A stretch of DNA of 64,000 nt from a candidate division FCPU426 bacterium (GCA_040756875.1 JBFLYH010000003.1:360907-424906), one strand, 5' to 3'. Counted from the first letter of the stretch, positions 1 through 11,389 are shown. The notes: generated by a model from the letters alone, not told the origin. A program made the numbers and translations.

Positions 1-524
1 ACCCGCACGATTTGCAGATCCGACTCCACGCGGCGCCGCAGGTCCGGCCGCTGCAGCTTGACCACGACCTGGTGTCCGTCCCGGGTCACGGCCCGGTGCA
101 CCTGGGCGATCGAAGCCGCAGCCAGCGGCGAAACCTGAAAAGACTTGAAAAGCTGCTGCACCGGCGCGCCCAATTCCGCGCGGATGATTTCCCGCGGAGT
201 GGGCTGCGTGAACGGCGCCACCCTGTCCTGCAGCTTGGACAATTCCTGCACATACGCCGGCGGCAGCAAATCCGGCCGCATGGACAGCACCTGGCCCAGC
301 TTGATGAAGGTCGGGCCCAGTTCCTCCAGCATTTGCCGCAGCCTCGTCGGGACGGCGACCTTGGGCTTGACCGGGCGGGAGACCCTGGCCTTGGCCGGCA
401 GGTAGGCGCCCAAGTGCAGTTGCGACACCAGGAAACCGAAACCGTATTTCGTCAGGATGGTGAGGATTTCACCCAGACGGTTCAGATCCTGGATCGCGCT
501 GCCGAGGCCGGCCAGGGGCATCAT
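1..524 (-). CDS. AarF/UbiB (ABC1) family atypical kinase, N-terminal part; runs off the left edge of the window
   Basis: Not in the ORF track because it has no stop in the window. Manual translation from ATG 524 gives MMPLAGLGSAIQDLNRLGEILTILTKYGFG...RLRQMLEELGPTFIKLGQVLSMRPDLLP...LSKLQD...ASIAQVHRA...VVVKLQRP, the classic AarF motifs. It starts just after the phasin stop. Confidence 0.9.
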   Translation of the reverse strand, partial: MMPLAGLGSAIQDLNRLGEILTILTKYGFGFLVSQLHLGAYLPAKARVSRPVKPKVAVPTRLRQMLEELGPTFIKLGQVLSMRPDLLPPAYVQELSKLQDRVAPFTQPTPREIIRAELGAPVQQLFKSFQVSPLAAASIAQVHRAVTRDGHQVVVKLQRPDLRRRVESDLQIVR

Positions 525-527
525 GGA

Positions 528-854
528 TTAGCGTTTGGCTTTCTTCTTGGGCGCCGCCTGCTTGTTGAGCTGGCGCTCCAACTCCTTGATCCGCCGCTCC
601 ATCTTGTTGAGCTGCGCCTGCGTGGCCAAGTTCATTTTCTGATAGGTGGCCGAAACCTGCGTGCCGACGGTCTTTTGCACGTCCTTCCGCGCCGCCTCAA
701 CTTTTTGCAGCATATCGGCCAGCACCTTTTTGCCTTCCTGTTCGCGGATCTGCCCCTGTTCCACCAGTTCCTTGACTACCCGCTGGGCCCGTTCCTTGGT
801 CAGGCTCAGCGCGCCTACTCCGGCGAGAAAAGCTTTCTTAATGACGTCCTGCAT
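528..854 (-). CDS. Phasin-family / PHA granule-associated coiled-coil protein
   Basis: IKKAFLAGVGALSLTKERAQRVVKELVEQGQI pattern, coiled-coil body and Lys-rich tail. GAGGA SD upstream. Commonly adjacent to aarF. Confidence 0.75.
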   Translation of the reverse strand: MQDVIKKAFLAGVGALSLTKERAQRVVKELVEQGQIREQEGKKVLADMLQKVEAARKDVQKTVGTQVSATYQKMNLATQAQLNKMERRIKELERQLNKQAAPKKKAKR

Positions 855-904
855 GGGTTCCTCCTCGATGGGTGAAGATGTCGGCTCGCAGAGCCGTTAT
901 GCTC

Positions 905-925
905 GCTTCCCGCCTTGCGGGAAGC
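905..925. terminator. GC-rich hairpin downstream of alaS, possible terminator
   Basis: gcttcccgc-ctt-gcgggaagc, a perfect 9-bp stem. No clear U-tract. Confidence 0.35.
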
Positions 926-930
926 AGAGT

Positions 931-1027
931 ATTTGAGCAGGCGAACAGTTGATCAGTAGATCGTTTCATCAGACAAATGCTCGCCTGCTCAAATGCGGTC
1001 TACTGTTCACCTGCTCAACTGTTCATC
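931..1027. repeat. Inverted arrays of degenerate 8-bp repeats (ttgagcag/gcgaacag/ttgatcag) with a perfect 14-bp inverted repeat, overlapping the alaS stop
   Basis: atttgagcaggcga (931-944) is the exact reverse complement of 981-994. Positions 999-1026 read tgaacag-ttgagcag-gtgaacag-taga on the minus strand, mirroring ttgagcag-gcgaacag-ttgatcag-taga at 933-960. Confidence 0.7.
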
Positions 1028-3657
1028 TTTGGATTGAACTTCTTAAACACTTCATTAATGTAGTGTTCTTCTAAAACGCTGGCTAATTTTGACGAATCCT
1101 TCAAGCCTCCTTGACCAAAGTCGGGACGCCCACCCGCTGATCCCCCAAAAGGAGAGACCAGAGCCTTCAGAAATTCACCGTTGTTAAACCCACTGTTCAC
1201 TACCGATGCGGTTGCAGTAGCAGCAATAAAGGTCTTATCGTTTAAGATACTGCCTAAAACGACGAAGCCATCATCCATTTTTTGTTTTAAGGCATCGGCT
1301 GCAGTACGTAAGGCACCGGCATCGAGCCCCGGCAATTCCGCAGCGATATAGTAATAATCTCCGATTTTTTTTCTTTTTTTCAATAATTCATCAACATCTT
1401 TACCGGCCTGCTTGACCTGGAGTTTCTCGCGCTCCTTCTCCAATTCCCGCACGCGGGCCGCGAGTTTTTCCACCCGGGCCGGAAGCTCCGCCGTCTGGAC
1501 CCGCAGGGTCTCGGCCGCGTCCCGCAGCAGGCGCTGCTCCCGCTTGGTTTCCCGGTAGGCTCCCTCGCCGGTCACGGCTTCGATACGGCGGACCCCGGCC
1601 GCTACGCTGGCTTCGGTCAGGATGCGCAGCAGCCCGATTTCACCAGTGGCGCGCACGTGCGTGCCGCCGCAGAGTTCGCAGGAAAACTGGTCCACGCTGA
1701 CCATGCGCACCCAGTCGCCGTACTTCTCGCCGAACAGGGCCATGGCGCCCCGCGCCTTGGCGGCTTCAATCGAAAGTTCCTCCACCGAGACCGGCGCGTT
1801 CTCGCGGATGTGGCCGTTGACGATCTCCTCGATCCGGTCCAGCTCGCGCGGATTCACGGCCTGAAAGTGGGAGAAATCGAAGCGGAAGCCGTCCGGCCTG
1901 ACCTCCGAGCCCGCCTGCTCCACGTGCCGTCCCAGCACCTGGCGCAGGGCGGCGTGCAGCAGATGGGTGGCCGTATGGTTCCTGGCCGTGGCGGCGCGTT
2001 CCTGGTTCAGCACGTTCGCGCTGACCGCCTGCTGGACCGCGGCCGCGCCCTCCACCACCCGGCCCTGGTGCAAAAACACCCCGGCCGGGCTTTTTTGCAC
2101 GTCCGTGACCTCTATCCGCAATCCGGCAGCCGTCAATTCGCCTTGGTCAGCCACCTGGCCACCCGAGGCGGCGTAGAACGGCGTGGTGTCCAGGACCACG
2201 GTCACTTCGCTGCCTGCCGGCGCGGATTCGCAGCGCTGGTCGCCGCACAACAAAGCCAGGATTTTCGCGTCGGCCTTCAGCTGCTGGTACCCCACGAACC
2301 GGGTGGGACCGGCCTGGGCTTCGAGCTGCTGCACCACCGGCGAAAGCGCGCGTTCGCCGCTGCCCACCCAGGCCGAGCGCGCGCGTTCGCGCTGTTCTTC
2401 CATGGCCTGCTGAAAACCCGCCTCGTCCAACCCGAGCTTGTGCTCCTGGGCGATCTCGCGCGTGAGGTCCAGGGGGAACCCGTAGGTGTCGTAGAGCTGG
2501 AAGATCCGCTTGCCGGGGATGACGGGTTTCTTTTGGGCCTTCATCTCGGCGATGATGTCGTTGAGAATGGCCAGCCCCGAGTCCAGGGTGTGCTGGAACC
2601 GTTCCTCCTCGCTGCGCACCACGGCTTCGGCGTGCGCCGCATGCTCCACGAGTTCAGGATACGCTTCGCCCATCAGTTGCGTCACGTCAGGCACCAACCG
2701 GTACAGAAAGCGCTCGTTGAGCCCCAGCAGCTTCCCGTGGCGAACGGCCCGGCGCACGATGCGCCGCAGCACGTAGCCCCGGCCTTCGTTGCCCGGCAGC
2801 ACGCCGTCCGCGATCAGGAAGGCCGCGCACCGCACGTGGTCGGCGATCACCCGCAGCGAGCTGTCCGCTCTCGGGTCCTTGCCGTAGCGCGTCATGGTCT
2901 CCTTGGCAATGGACTGGATGAGGGGCTGGAACAGGTCCGTGTCGAAATTCGAGGGTACGCCCTGATGCACCGCAGCCAGGCGTTCGAGCCCCATGCCGGT
3001 GTCGATGTTCTTCTGCGGCAGGGGCGTGAGCGAGCCGTCCGCCTGCCGGTCGTACTGCGTGAACACCAGGTTCCAGACCTCCAGATAGCGGTCTTCGTCC
3101 TGGTCCGGCCCGGCTTCCGGCTTGCCGGGTTTGGGGCCGATGTCATAGAGGATTTCGCTGCAGGGGCCGCAGGGGCCGGTTTCACCCATGGTCCAGAAGT
3201 TGGTCTTCTCGCCCATGCGCACGATGCGCTTCTCGGGAACGCCCACCTGATTTTTCCAAATGGCGTGGGCTTCGTCGTCCTCGCGGTGCACGGTGATCCA
3301 GAGTTTTTCCTTGTCCAGGCCGATGACGTTCACCAGGAAGTCCCAGGACCACTGGATGGCGTCGGTCTTGAAATAATCGCCGAAGGAAAAATTGCCCAGC
3401 ATTTCGAAGAAAGTGTGGTGCCGCGGGGTGAAGCCGACGTTCTCGATGTCGTTGGTGCGCACGCATTTCTGGGAAGTGGCGGCGCGGGTGAAAGGTTTGG
3501 GCACGGTGCCCAAAAAATAAGGTTTGAACTGCACCATGCCGGCCACCGTAAACAGCACGGTGGGATCAGCCGGTACCAGGCTGGCGCTGGGCCGGATGGT
3601 GTGGCCCTGCGCCTGGAAATAGTCGAGAAACTTTTTCCGGATTTCTTTGCTCGTCAT
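1015..3657 (-). CDS. alaS: Alanine--tRNA ligase
   Basis: 880 aa with AGMVQFKPYF, HHTFFEMLGNFSFGDYFK, IDTGMGLER, editing-site NHTATHLL and ELCGGTH, and a C-terminal GGSAGGRP (DHHA1). Confidence 0.99.
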   Translation of the reverse strand: MTSKEIRKKFLDYFQAQGHTIRPSASLVPADPTVLFTVAGMVQFKPYFLGTVPKPFTRAATSQKCVRTNDIENVGFTPRHHTFFEMLGNFSFGDYFKTDAIQWSWDFLVNVIGLDKEKLWITVHREDDEAHAIWKNQVGVPEKRIVRMGEKTNFWTMGETGPCGPCSEILYDIGPKPGKPEAGPDQDEDRYLEVWNLVFTQYDRQADGSLTPLPQKNIDTGMGLERLAAVHQGVPSNFDTDLFQPLIQSIAKETMTRYGKDPRADSSLRVIADHVRCAAFLIADGVLPGNEGRGYVLRRIVRRAVRHGKLLGLNERFLYRLVPDVTQLMGEAYPELVEHAAHAEAVVRSEEERFQHTLDSGLAILNDIIAEMKAQKKPVIPGKRIFQLYDTYGFPLDLTREIAQEHKLGLDEAGFQQAMEEQRERARSAWVGSGERALSPVVQQLEAQAGPTRFVGYQQLKADAKILALLCGDQRCESAPAGSEVTVVLDTTPFYAASGGQVADQGELTAAGLRIEVTDVQKSPAGVFLHQGRVVEGAAAVQQAVSANVLNQERAATARNHTATHLLHAALRQVLGRHVEQAGSEVRPDGFRFDFSHFQAVNPRELDRIEEIVNGHIRENAPVSVEELSIEAAKARGAMALFGEKYGDWVRMVSVDQFSCELCGGTHVRATGEIGLLRILTEASVAAGVRRIEAVTGEGAYRETKREQRLLRDAAETLRVQTAELPARVEKLAARVRELEKEREKLQVKQAGKDVDELLKKRKKIGDYYYIAAELPGLDAGALRTAADALKQKMDDGFVVLGSILNDKTFIAATATASVVNSGFNNGEFLKALVSPFGGSAGGRPDFGQGGLKDSSKLASVLEEHYINEVFKKFNPKMNS

Positions 3658-4358
3658 GCTTGCTCCTTTTCATCGCTTTCCCCGGGCAGCGCCCGGTCCA
3701 CGGCCCGGAAAATGTCCTCCGGCCCGAACCCGCGCCTGGCCAGAAACCCGGCCAACCGGCGCCGGCCGGTCTCGCGGGGCAAATTGCGGTAGGCCTTGGC
3801 TTTACGCTGGGCCAGCTCCAGGCAGGATTCGGCCTCGTCCCTGAGCATTCCAGGGACTTCGGCGCCGGGCATTCCAGGGGCTTCGGCGCCGTCCACGGCT
3901 CCGCTCTCTTCCAGGGCCGCCTCCACGGTCTCGCGGGCCACCCCGCGCTTGAGCAGTTCGCCGCGCAGCCGCCGCCTGCCCACTTCGCCGCCGCGCAGGC
4001 GGTCCTGCACCAGGGAGACGGCCAGGGCGTGGTCGTTCAGCAGGCCGGCCTGCTCCAGGCGGTCCAAAACGCGCCCCGCGATTTCCGGCCGGATGTCCAG
4101 CCGCCGCAGCCGGTCTTGAAGTTCCCGGCGCGTGCGTCCATGCGCCGAGAGCCAGGTCAGGCACTTCTCCCGGGCCCGGACTTCTTCCTCGCGGTCCAAC
4201 AACCGCGCCAGATCATCCGGCTCGACCGGATCGCCCACTTTCAGATGCAGCTCAGCCGCCACTTCCCGCTCCACTCCGGCGAAAAATTCCCCGTCAATGA
4301 AGACCGCCAAGCGCTGGCGGCGTTTTTGTTGGGGCTTGAGCGCGGTAATCACGGGCAT
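3654..4358 (-). CDS. recX: RecX family regulatory protein
   Basis: ITAL..Q..RR.R..VFIDGEF N-terminus, RTRRELQDRL, GLLNDHALA, LLKRGV and FLARRGF motifs. The stop overlaps the alaS ATG (ATGA). ATG 4358 is preferred over the ORF-track start at 4406. Confidence 0.85.
   Translation of the reverse strand: MPVITALKPQQKRRQRLAVFIDGEFFAGVEREVAAELHLKVGDPVEPDDLARLLDREEEVRAREKCLTWLSAHGRTRRELQDRLRRLDIRPEIAGRVLDRLEQAGLLNDHALAVSLVQDRLRGGEVGRRRLRGELLKRGVARETVEAALEESGAVDGAEAPGMPGAEVPGMLRDEAESCLELAQRKAKAYRNLPRETGRRRLAGFLARRGFGPEDIFRAVDRALPGESDEKEQA
3845..3891. repeat. 24-bp in-frame tandem duplication inside recX (AEAPGMPG/AEVPGMLR)
   Basis: gcattccagggacttcggcgccg followed by gcattccaggggcttcggcgccg at a 24-bp period with one mismatch. 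Confidence 0.85.
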
Positions 4359-4437
4359 GGCGGCGTCCCTGTATTGTAATGATTTCGGCTTTGAAAAGAA
4401 AGGCAAATTCAGCCCGGCTCCATCGCTTGCCGGGCCA

Positions 4438-4471
4438 TGACTTTTTTACCCTTTTGGGTTGAAAAAGTCAA
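4438..4471 (-). promoter_or_regulatory. Candidate sigma70 promoter for recX-alaS embedded in an imperfect palindrome
   Basis: Minus strand reads TTGACT-17 nt-TAAAAA. The same stretch has dyad symmetry (tgacttttt..accc-tttt-gggt..aaaaagtca). Confidence 0.4.
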
Positions 4472-4506
4472 CGGCCCGGGAGCGAGGAGTGCGCGCCCGG
4501 GCCGTT
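4462..4506 (-). terminator. Probable intrinsic terminator after rnpB
   Basis: 11-bp stem aacggcccggg (4470-4480) / cccgggccgtt (4496-4506), followed on the minus strand by GACTTTTT. Confidence 0.55.
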
Positions 4507-4515
4507 CCACTTCAG

Positions 4516-4891
4516 GGGAGTAGTCCGTAAGCCGAGTTCTGTCCCCCTTGCGGGGTGACGGTCATTTCTCTGGGACCGGCCTTGCGGCCGGCCTCTAGCG
4601 ACCAACCCGAGGGCGCCGCGGGTCACGGTTTCCGGCGAAACAGCCGCCGGAGCCCTCCTATTTGGTCTTGCTCCAAGTGGGGTTTGCCCTGCCGCGCCGG
4701 TCACCCGGCGCGCGGTGAGCTCTTACCTCGCCTTTTCACCCTTACCGCCCGCCTTGCGGCGGGAGGCGGTATGTTTTCTGTGGCACTTTCCTTCGCGTCG
4801 CCGCGACTGGGTGTTACCCAGCACTCTACCCTGGGAGCTCGGACTTTCCTCTCCGGGCGCGAAGCCCGGAGCGACCGTCTGGACTACTCCC
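4516..4891 (-). ncRNA. rnpB: RNase P RNA, bacterial class A
   Basis: Minus strand has GAGGAAAGTCCG, GGAAAGTGCCACAGAAAA and 3' GACAGAACTCGGCTTAC, with complementary P1 ends (GGGAGTAGTCC / GGACTACTCCC). About 376 nt. Confidence 0.97.
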
Positions 4892-4953
4892 GTGCGATCG
4901 ATTCGCTTCGGGAAGCGATCGCAATCACCTGCTCCCCTCTCGCCTGCTCTGTT

Positions 4954-5547
4954 CTACTGGTTAAAATCGACTTTCGGCGGTTGTTTCGCGCCTTCCTCCG
5001 CCTCGAACAAGGGCGCCTTCTCGAACTTGAACATGCCGGCGATGATGTTCTTCGGAAACACGCGTATGCTCTGGTTGAATTGCTTCACCAGTTCGTTGTA
5101 GCGCATGCGTTCGACCGCGATGCGGTTTTCCGTGCCCGCCAGCTCGTCCTGCAGCTGCCGGAAATTCTGGTCGGACTTCAACTGCGGATAATTTTCCACG
5201 ATCGCGAGCAGTCGGCCCAGGAACCCGGTCATCTCGTTGGCCGCGTTGATTTTCTCGCCCACGTTCTGCGCGCCCGACAGCTTGGCGCGCGCATTGGCCA
5301 CGTTTTCGAAAATGCCCTTCTCCTGCTTGGCGTAGCCTTTGACCGTGGCCACCAGGTTGGGGATCAGATCGTTCCGCCGCTGCAGCTGGTTCTCCACCTG
5401 CGACCAGGCGGTTTTAACCGACTCATCCAGGCGTACCAGGCTATTGTAGCCGCCGATCACGTAGAACACCACGCCAATGACCACGAGCACTACGACCACC
5501 AAAATGACACCTACCATTGACAACACTGCCAACCCTGTCTTTTCCAT
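4954..5547 (-). CDS. lemA: LemA family protein
   Basis: N-terminal TM helix, YNSLV...AWSQVENQLQRRNDLIPNLV, ENYPQLKS, ELAGTENRIAVERMRYN. AGGAGG SD. Confidence 0.96.
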   Translation of the reverse strand: MEKTGLAVLSMVGVILVVVVLVVIGVVFYVIGGYNSLVRLDESVKTAWSQVENQLQRRNDLIPNLVATVKGYAKQEKGIFENVANARAKLSGAQNVGEKINAANEMTGFLGRLLAIVENYPQLKSDQNFRQLQDELAGTENRIAVERMRYNELVKQFNQSIRVFPKNIIAGMFKFEKAPLFEAEEGAKQPPKVDFNQ

Positions 5548-5633
5548 GCCTTTAATATCCTCCTTCTTTATGCGTTATCTTCACCGTTCTCTTTTCCTGG
5601 GTTGTTCGAGGCTGGGCCTCGAACAACCTATAA

Positions 5634-6416
5634 TCACCATCTCCCTCCCACACCGCCGCCGCCTGAAAAGCCGCCGCCAAATCCTCCGAACCCTCCTCCG
5701 AAACCGCCGCCGCCTGATCCATAAAACCCCCCGCCAATGCCGGTTGGTCCCCCCCACCCGGTGCCGGTTAGACCCCGCTTGCGCCGGTAATACGACGCCC
5801 AGGCCACATAAATGAACAGAACCAGCAGCGTGACCAGCAGTACAATCGCCTGGTCCCGGTTGTCATTGCGCGGACGGCGGGCAGCCGTGCCCGTCAGTTG
5901 GACTCCGGCGTCCTTGGCAATGTCCTGGGCAATGACACGGCCGATGTTGGCCAGCCCGGCGCCGATTTGCCCTTGCCGCAGATAAGGGACAAGGTATTCG
6001 TCCCGGTAACGGCCCAGCTTCCCGTCCGGTAAAATCCCCTCCAGGCCGTAGCCCGTGACCAGGCGCAGGCGGCGGCCTTTGAGATCCAGTAAAATCAGCA
6101 GCCCATTGTCCTTGCCTTGTTTGCCGATCTTCCAGCGGTCGAAGACGGCCATGGCGTAGGTGAAGTCATCCCAGGGTTCGATGCTGGGCATGATGACGAA
6201 AACCAGCTGGGCCGTGGTGGCCTGCTCCAGGGATTCCGAAATCCCGGTCAGGGTCGCGGTCTCGGCCGGGGACAGCACGCCGGCATAATCGTTCACGAAG
6301 CCGCGCGGCTGGGGGATCTCGGGAACCGCGTTGGTTACGGCGGCCCGGGCCGCAGCCGTCCAAGCCAGCAGCCCGGCCAGCAGCAGGATTCTACAAGCGG
6401 TCGACCTGGGCTGCAA
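5634..6416 (-). CDS. TPM domain (YgcG-like) membrane protein with Gly-rich tail
   Basis: Signal peptide, VNDYAGVLS, WKIGKQGKDNGLLIL, TGYGLEGILPD, one TM helix and a GGGFSGGGGVGGRW tail. Next to lemA. Confidence 0.93.
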   Translation of the reverse strand: MQPRSTACRILLLAGLLAWTAAARAAVTNAVPEIPQPRGFVNDYAGVLSPAETATLTGISESLEQATTAQLVFVIMPSIEPWDDFTYAMAVFDRWKIGKQGKDNGLLILLDLKGRRLRLVTGYGLEGILPDGKLGRYRDEYLVPYLRQGQIGAGLANIGRVIAQDIAKDAGVQLTGTAARRPRNDNRDQAIVLLVTLLVLFIYVAWASYYRRKRGLTGTGWGGPTGIGGGFYGSGGGGFGGGFGGFGGGFSGGGGVGGRW

Positions 6417-7104
6417 TTCGGGTCACCTCGTGGAGGTATTGCTGGCAAAGCGTTTCCAGTTCCCCGCGGTTCCGCTTGGCCTGCCCGGCCTTGAGGTCCC
6501 GCAGGTGCTGCAGCACAGGCCCGTCAACCCGGTAGTGCTTGGCCAGAGCCGCGTCGATTTCCTCTTTTTTCACCGGCGGCGCGACACGCTTCAACCGCAA
6601 GGCCGCGCGAAAGGCCGGGTAATTGGCATTGTGGGCCGCAAGCAGCAACTGCCGCAGCGGCGCGGCGTCCTTGCCGATTTCCAGGTAGCTCTGCCGCAGG
6701 CGCAGGAGGCGGCCTTTGAGTTCGTGTTCACATTCGTGCCGCAGGTTTTTCAAATCAATGCGCAGTTTCGTGAAGGGGTCCTGCCCCCACAGTAAGCGGT
6801 GTTTTTCCTTGATCTCGAGGTATTCAATGGGAAAAACGTCCGCCGAGGTGCGGATATGCTCCGAGGTCAGCATCAGCGGCGTCGACAATTTGACTTTCCG
6901 GTGCTTCTGGACAAAGCTGCGCAAGCGCTCCAAATCCGCGAGTTCCACCGCTTTGAGGATCAAGACCAGATTGATATCCGACACGCCGGGCAGGTAATCC
7001 GCGGTGGCCGCCGAACCGTAGACCGCCAACCCCAGCAGGTTGCCGCCGAAAAGGCCCCGGATCTCCGCCTGCGCCTCTGCCAGCCAGCTTTCCAAATGGT
7101 TCAT
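6391..7104 (-). CDS. Nucleotidyltransferase-domain protein (lemA/TPM-associated)
   Basis: VYGSAA...SDINLVL Pol-beta-type motif, plus DVFPIEYLEI and GQDPF. Confidence 0.8.
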   Translation of the reverse strand: MNHLESWLAEAQAEIRGLFGGNLLGLAVYGSAATADYLPGVSDINLVLILKAVELADLERLRSFVQKHRKVKLSTPLMLTSEHIRTSADVFPIEYLEIKEKHRLLWGQDPFTKLRIDLKNLRHECEHELKGRLLRLRQSYLEIGKDAAPLRQLLLAAHNANYPAFRAALRLKRVAPPVKKEEIDAALAKHYRVDGPVLQHLRDLKAGQAKRNRGELETLCQQYLHEVTRIAAQVDRL

Positions 7105-7490
7105 GGTGTCCCGGCCCCCTTGCTCTTCAACTGGCGCTCCACATGCCGCAAGAGCCGCTCGGCTGTGCAGGGTTTGACCAGATAATCATCCGCCCCGCCC
7201 TCGGCGGCCAGCCGCAGGGCTTCCTGGTGGGAGAGCGCGCTCAGGAAAATTATCGGGATATGCTTGGTGTTCGGGTTCTCTTTAATGATCTGGCAAACCT
7301 CATACCCATTAACACGCGGCAGCATAATGTCCAAAATGATCAAATCCGGCCGCTCGCGGGACACGGCCTGCAGAGCCTCCCACCCGCGTTGAAAGGTCTG
7401 GACTTCATACCCCCGGCTTTCGAGCACGTCTTTGAACAATTCGACGATGCCGGGGTCGTCGTCAACCAGGATGATCCGTTTTCCGGCCAT
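7101..7490 (-). CDS. Single-domain response regulator (CheY-like receiver)
   Basis: ILVDDD, PDLIILDIMLP, IIFLSA and GADDYLVKP motifs. ATG 7490 lies just after the fmt stop. Confidence 0.92.
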   Translation of the reverse strand: MAGKRIILVDDDPGIVELFKDVLESRGYEVQTFQRGWEALQAVSRERPDLIILDIMLPRVNGYEVCQIIKENPNTKHIPIIFLSALSHQEALRLAAEGGADDYLVKPCTAERLLRHVERQLKSKGAGTP

Positions 7491-7492
7491 GC

Positions 7493-8467
7493 CTATTCCC
7501 CTTTCAAGCCCAGGACGCTGCCCGGGCCGACGCGGTACCCGCAGGTAAACGCCTGCGCGGTCATCTGCCTGCTGTTCTCGCACTGGACCTGCAATACATG
7601 CAAGGTCGTGCCCTGGCCTGCGGCCACCAGCCAGCCGCCTTTGTGCTCCACCTTCAATATGCTCCCGGCGGGCGTGGAAGGTGAAACCTTCTGGCCGCCC
7701 GGTTTGGTCAGCAGGATTTTAAGCGTTTCGCCCGCGGCTTCGGTATAAGCTCCGGGCCAGGGCTGCACGCCCCGGACCCGGTTATGCAGTTCCAGGGCCG
7801 TCTGCGTCCAGTCCAGGTGCCCGTCTTCCCGGCTCAGCCGCGGCGCGAAAGTCGCCTGGCTCTCGTCCTGGGGCGTGCCGGCCCGCCGGCCTTCGCGGGC
7901 CAGCAGGTCCAGGGCTTGCGCCATGAGCGGTCCGCCCAGGGCGGAGAGCCGCGCGAACAAATCCGCCGCAGTCTGGTCCGGATGGATGGCGGTCTTGTCC
8001 TGGACGAGAATATCGCCGCTGTCCACGCGTTCGGCCATGCGCTGGACGGTCACGCCGGTTTCCGTTTCGCCGCGAATGATCGCCCATTGGATCGGCGCCG
8101 CCCCGCGGTACTTGGGCAGCAGCGAAGCGTGCAAATTCACGGCGCCCAGCGGGGCGAGCGTCAAAAGCGGCGCCTTGAGAATTTGGCCGTAGGCCGCCAC
8201 CACGAGCACATCCGCCCTGAGTTCCCGCAGCTGCTCCACCACCGCGGGTTCATTCACCTGCGACGGCTGCAAGATCTTCGCACCCAGCTCCTGCGCTGCG
8301 CGCTTGACGGGGCTGAAAGACGTCTGGTAACCCCGGCCCTGCGGCTTGTCAGGCCCGGTGACGACCGCGGCCACGGGAAACCCCGCTTGCGCCAGATGCC
8401 GCAGCGTGGGTACCCCGAAATCGGGAGTGCCCATGAAGATCAAGCGCGGATGGCTGCCGGCGGCCAT
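7493..8467 (-). CDS. fmt: Methionyl-tRNA formyltransferase
   Basis: FMGTPDF, VAAYGQIL, NLHASLLPKYRGAAPIQWAI, PWPGAY. Adjacent to def. Confidence 0.98.
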   Translation of the reverse strand: MAAGSHPRLIFMGTPDFGVPTLRHLAQAGFPVAAVVTGPDKPQGRGYQTSFSPVKRAAQELGAKILQPSQVNEPAVVEQLRELRADVLVVAAYGQILKAPLLTLAPLGAVNLHASLLPKYRGAAPIQWAIIRGETETGVTVQRMAERVDSGDILVQDKTAIHPDQTAADLFARLSALGGPLMAQALDLLAREGRRAGTPQDESQATFAPRLSREDGHLDWTQTALELHNRVRGVQPWPGAYTEAAGETLKILLTKPGGQKVSPSTPAGSILKVEHKGGWLVAAGQGTTLHVLQVQCENSRQMTAQAFTCGYRVGPGSVLGLKGE

Positions 8468-8516
8468 GTGGATTATACCCCTTCACCGGATACCCTGCAG
8501 CAACCCGCAGGGTCAT

Positions 8517-9062
8517 TCACAGTTTCGCCGCTTTCCGGCCGGCCAGGGCGTTCCTGGTCGCGCGTGCGATCTCCCGCAGCTGCTTGTTCAGCCGCACCCG
8601 GTGGACCAGATTCATCCGTTCGATGAAAACGATGCCGTCCAAATGGTCCAGTTCATGCTGAAAAGCCCGGCCGACCATGCCTGCGCCGCGGATCAAGACC
8701 TGCTTTCCCTCCAGGTCCACGCCCTCTATCTCCACCTCCAGCGCCCGTTCGACGGGCCCCCAGAGCTGGGGGAATGACAAACAGCCTTCGTCCAGCGTTT
8801 CCTTTTCTTTGCTGCGGAAAGTGATCTTTGGGTTGATGATGATGTGGGTGACCGGCGGCCCGACTTTGGCCGGCACTTCCACCACAAACAGGCGCTCGGC
8901 GACGCCGACTTGGTTCGCCGCCAGCCCCAACCCGTTTTCAGCCCGCATGGTTTCCAGCATATCGCGGGCCAGCTGGCGGATGCGGTCATCCACCTGCTTG
9001 ATCTCCTTGGCACGCGTTTTTAACACCGGATGGCCCCAGGTGCAAATGGGCAAAATGGCCAT
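8517..9062 (-). CDS. def: Peptide deformylase
   Basis: GLGLAANQVG, EGCLS and QHELDHLDG motifs. GGAGGA SD. Confidence 0.98.
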   Translation of the reverse strand: MAILPICTWGHPVLKTRAKEIKQVDDRIRQLARDMLETMRAENGLGLAANQVGVAERLFVVEVPAKVGPPVTHIIINPKITFRSKEKETLDEGCLSFPQLWGPVERALEVEIEGVDLEGKQVLIRGAGMVGRAFQHELDHLDGIVFIERMNLVHRVRLNKQLREIARATRNALAGRKAAKL

Positions 9063-9087
9063 TTCACGTTCCTCCTGCGAGGGAGGT

Positions 9088-9117
9088 ATTATATAACACT
9101 TCCGTAAAAGGTTGCAA
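9088..9117 (-). promoter_or_regulatory. Candidate sigma70 promoter for def-fmt
   Basis: Minus strand TTGCAA-18 nt-TATAAT, about 25 nt upstream of the def ATG. Confidence 0.55.
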
Positions 9118-9138
9118 GGCTGGCATCCCCGGGTTTGC

Positions 9139-11319
<2,181 letters not shown>

Positions 11320-11389
11320 CGGCGACTCCCAGGGGAATGGTTCAAAGCTTCCGCATTATGCGCCACCCGGCGGGGGATGACAAGCCCAG

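Noticed and set aside
1657-3792. 711-aa plus-strand ORF, and similar long plus-strand ORFs at 12-875, 9742-11277, 18829-20373, 26826-28526, 41669-43120, 52469-53779 and 59610-61478
   Set aside because: They are antisense shadows of well-supported minus-strand genes in GC-rich DNA, with no recognisable motifs.
4468-5520. ORFs 4468-4704 (-), 4555-5520 (+) and 4715-5101 (+)
   Set aside because: They overlap the RNase P RNA gene and lemA, and are spurious translations of structured RNA or antisense sequence.
5634-5770. ccgccgcc-type low-complexity repeats
   Set aside because: They encode the ordinary Gly-rich tail of TPM-domain proteins.
7491-7583. N-terminal extension of the response regulator
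   Set aside because: It overlaps the fmt 3' end, and the receiver domain begins at ATG 7490.
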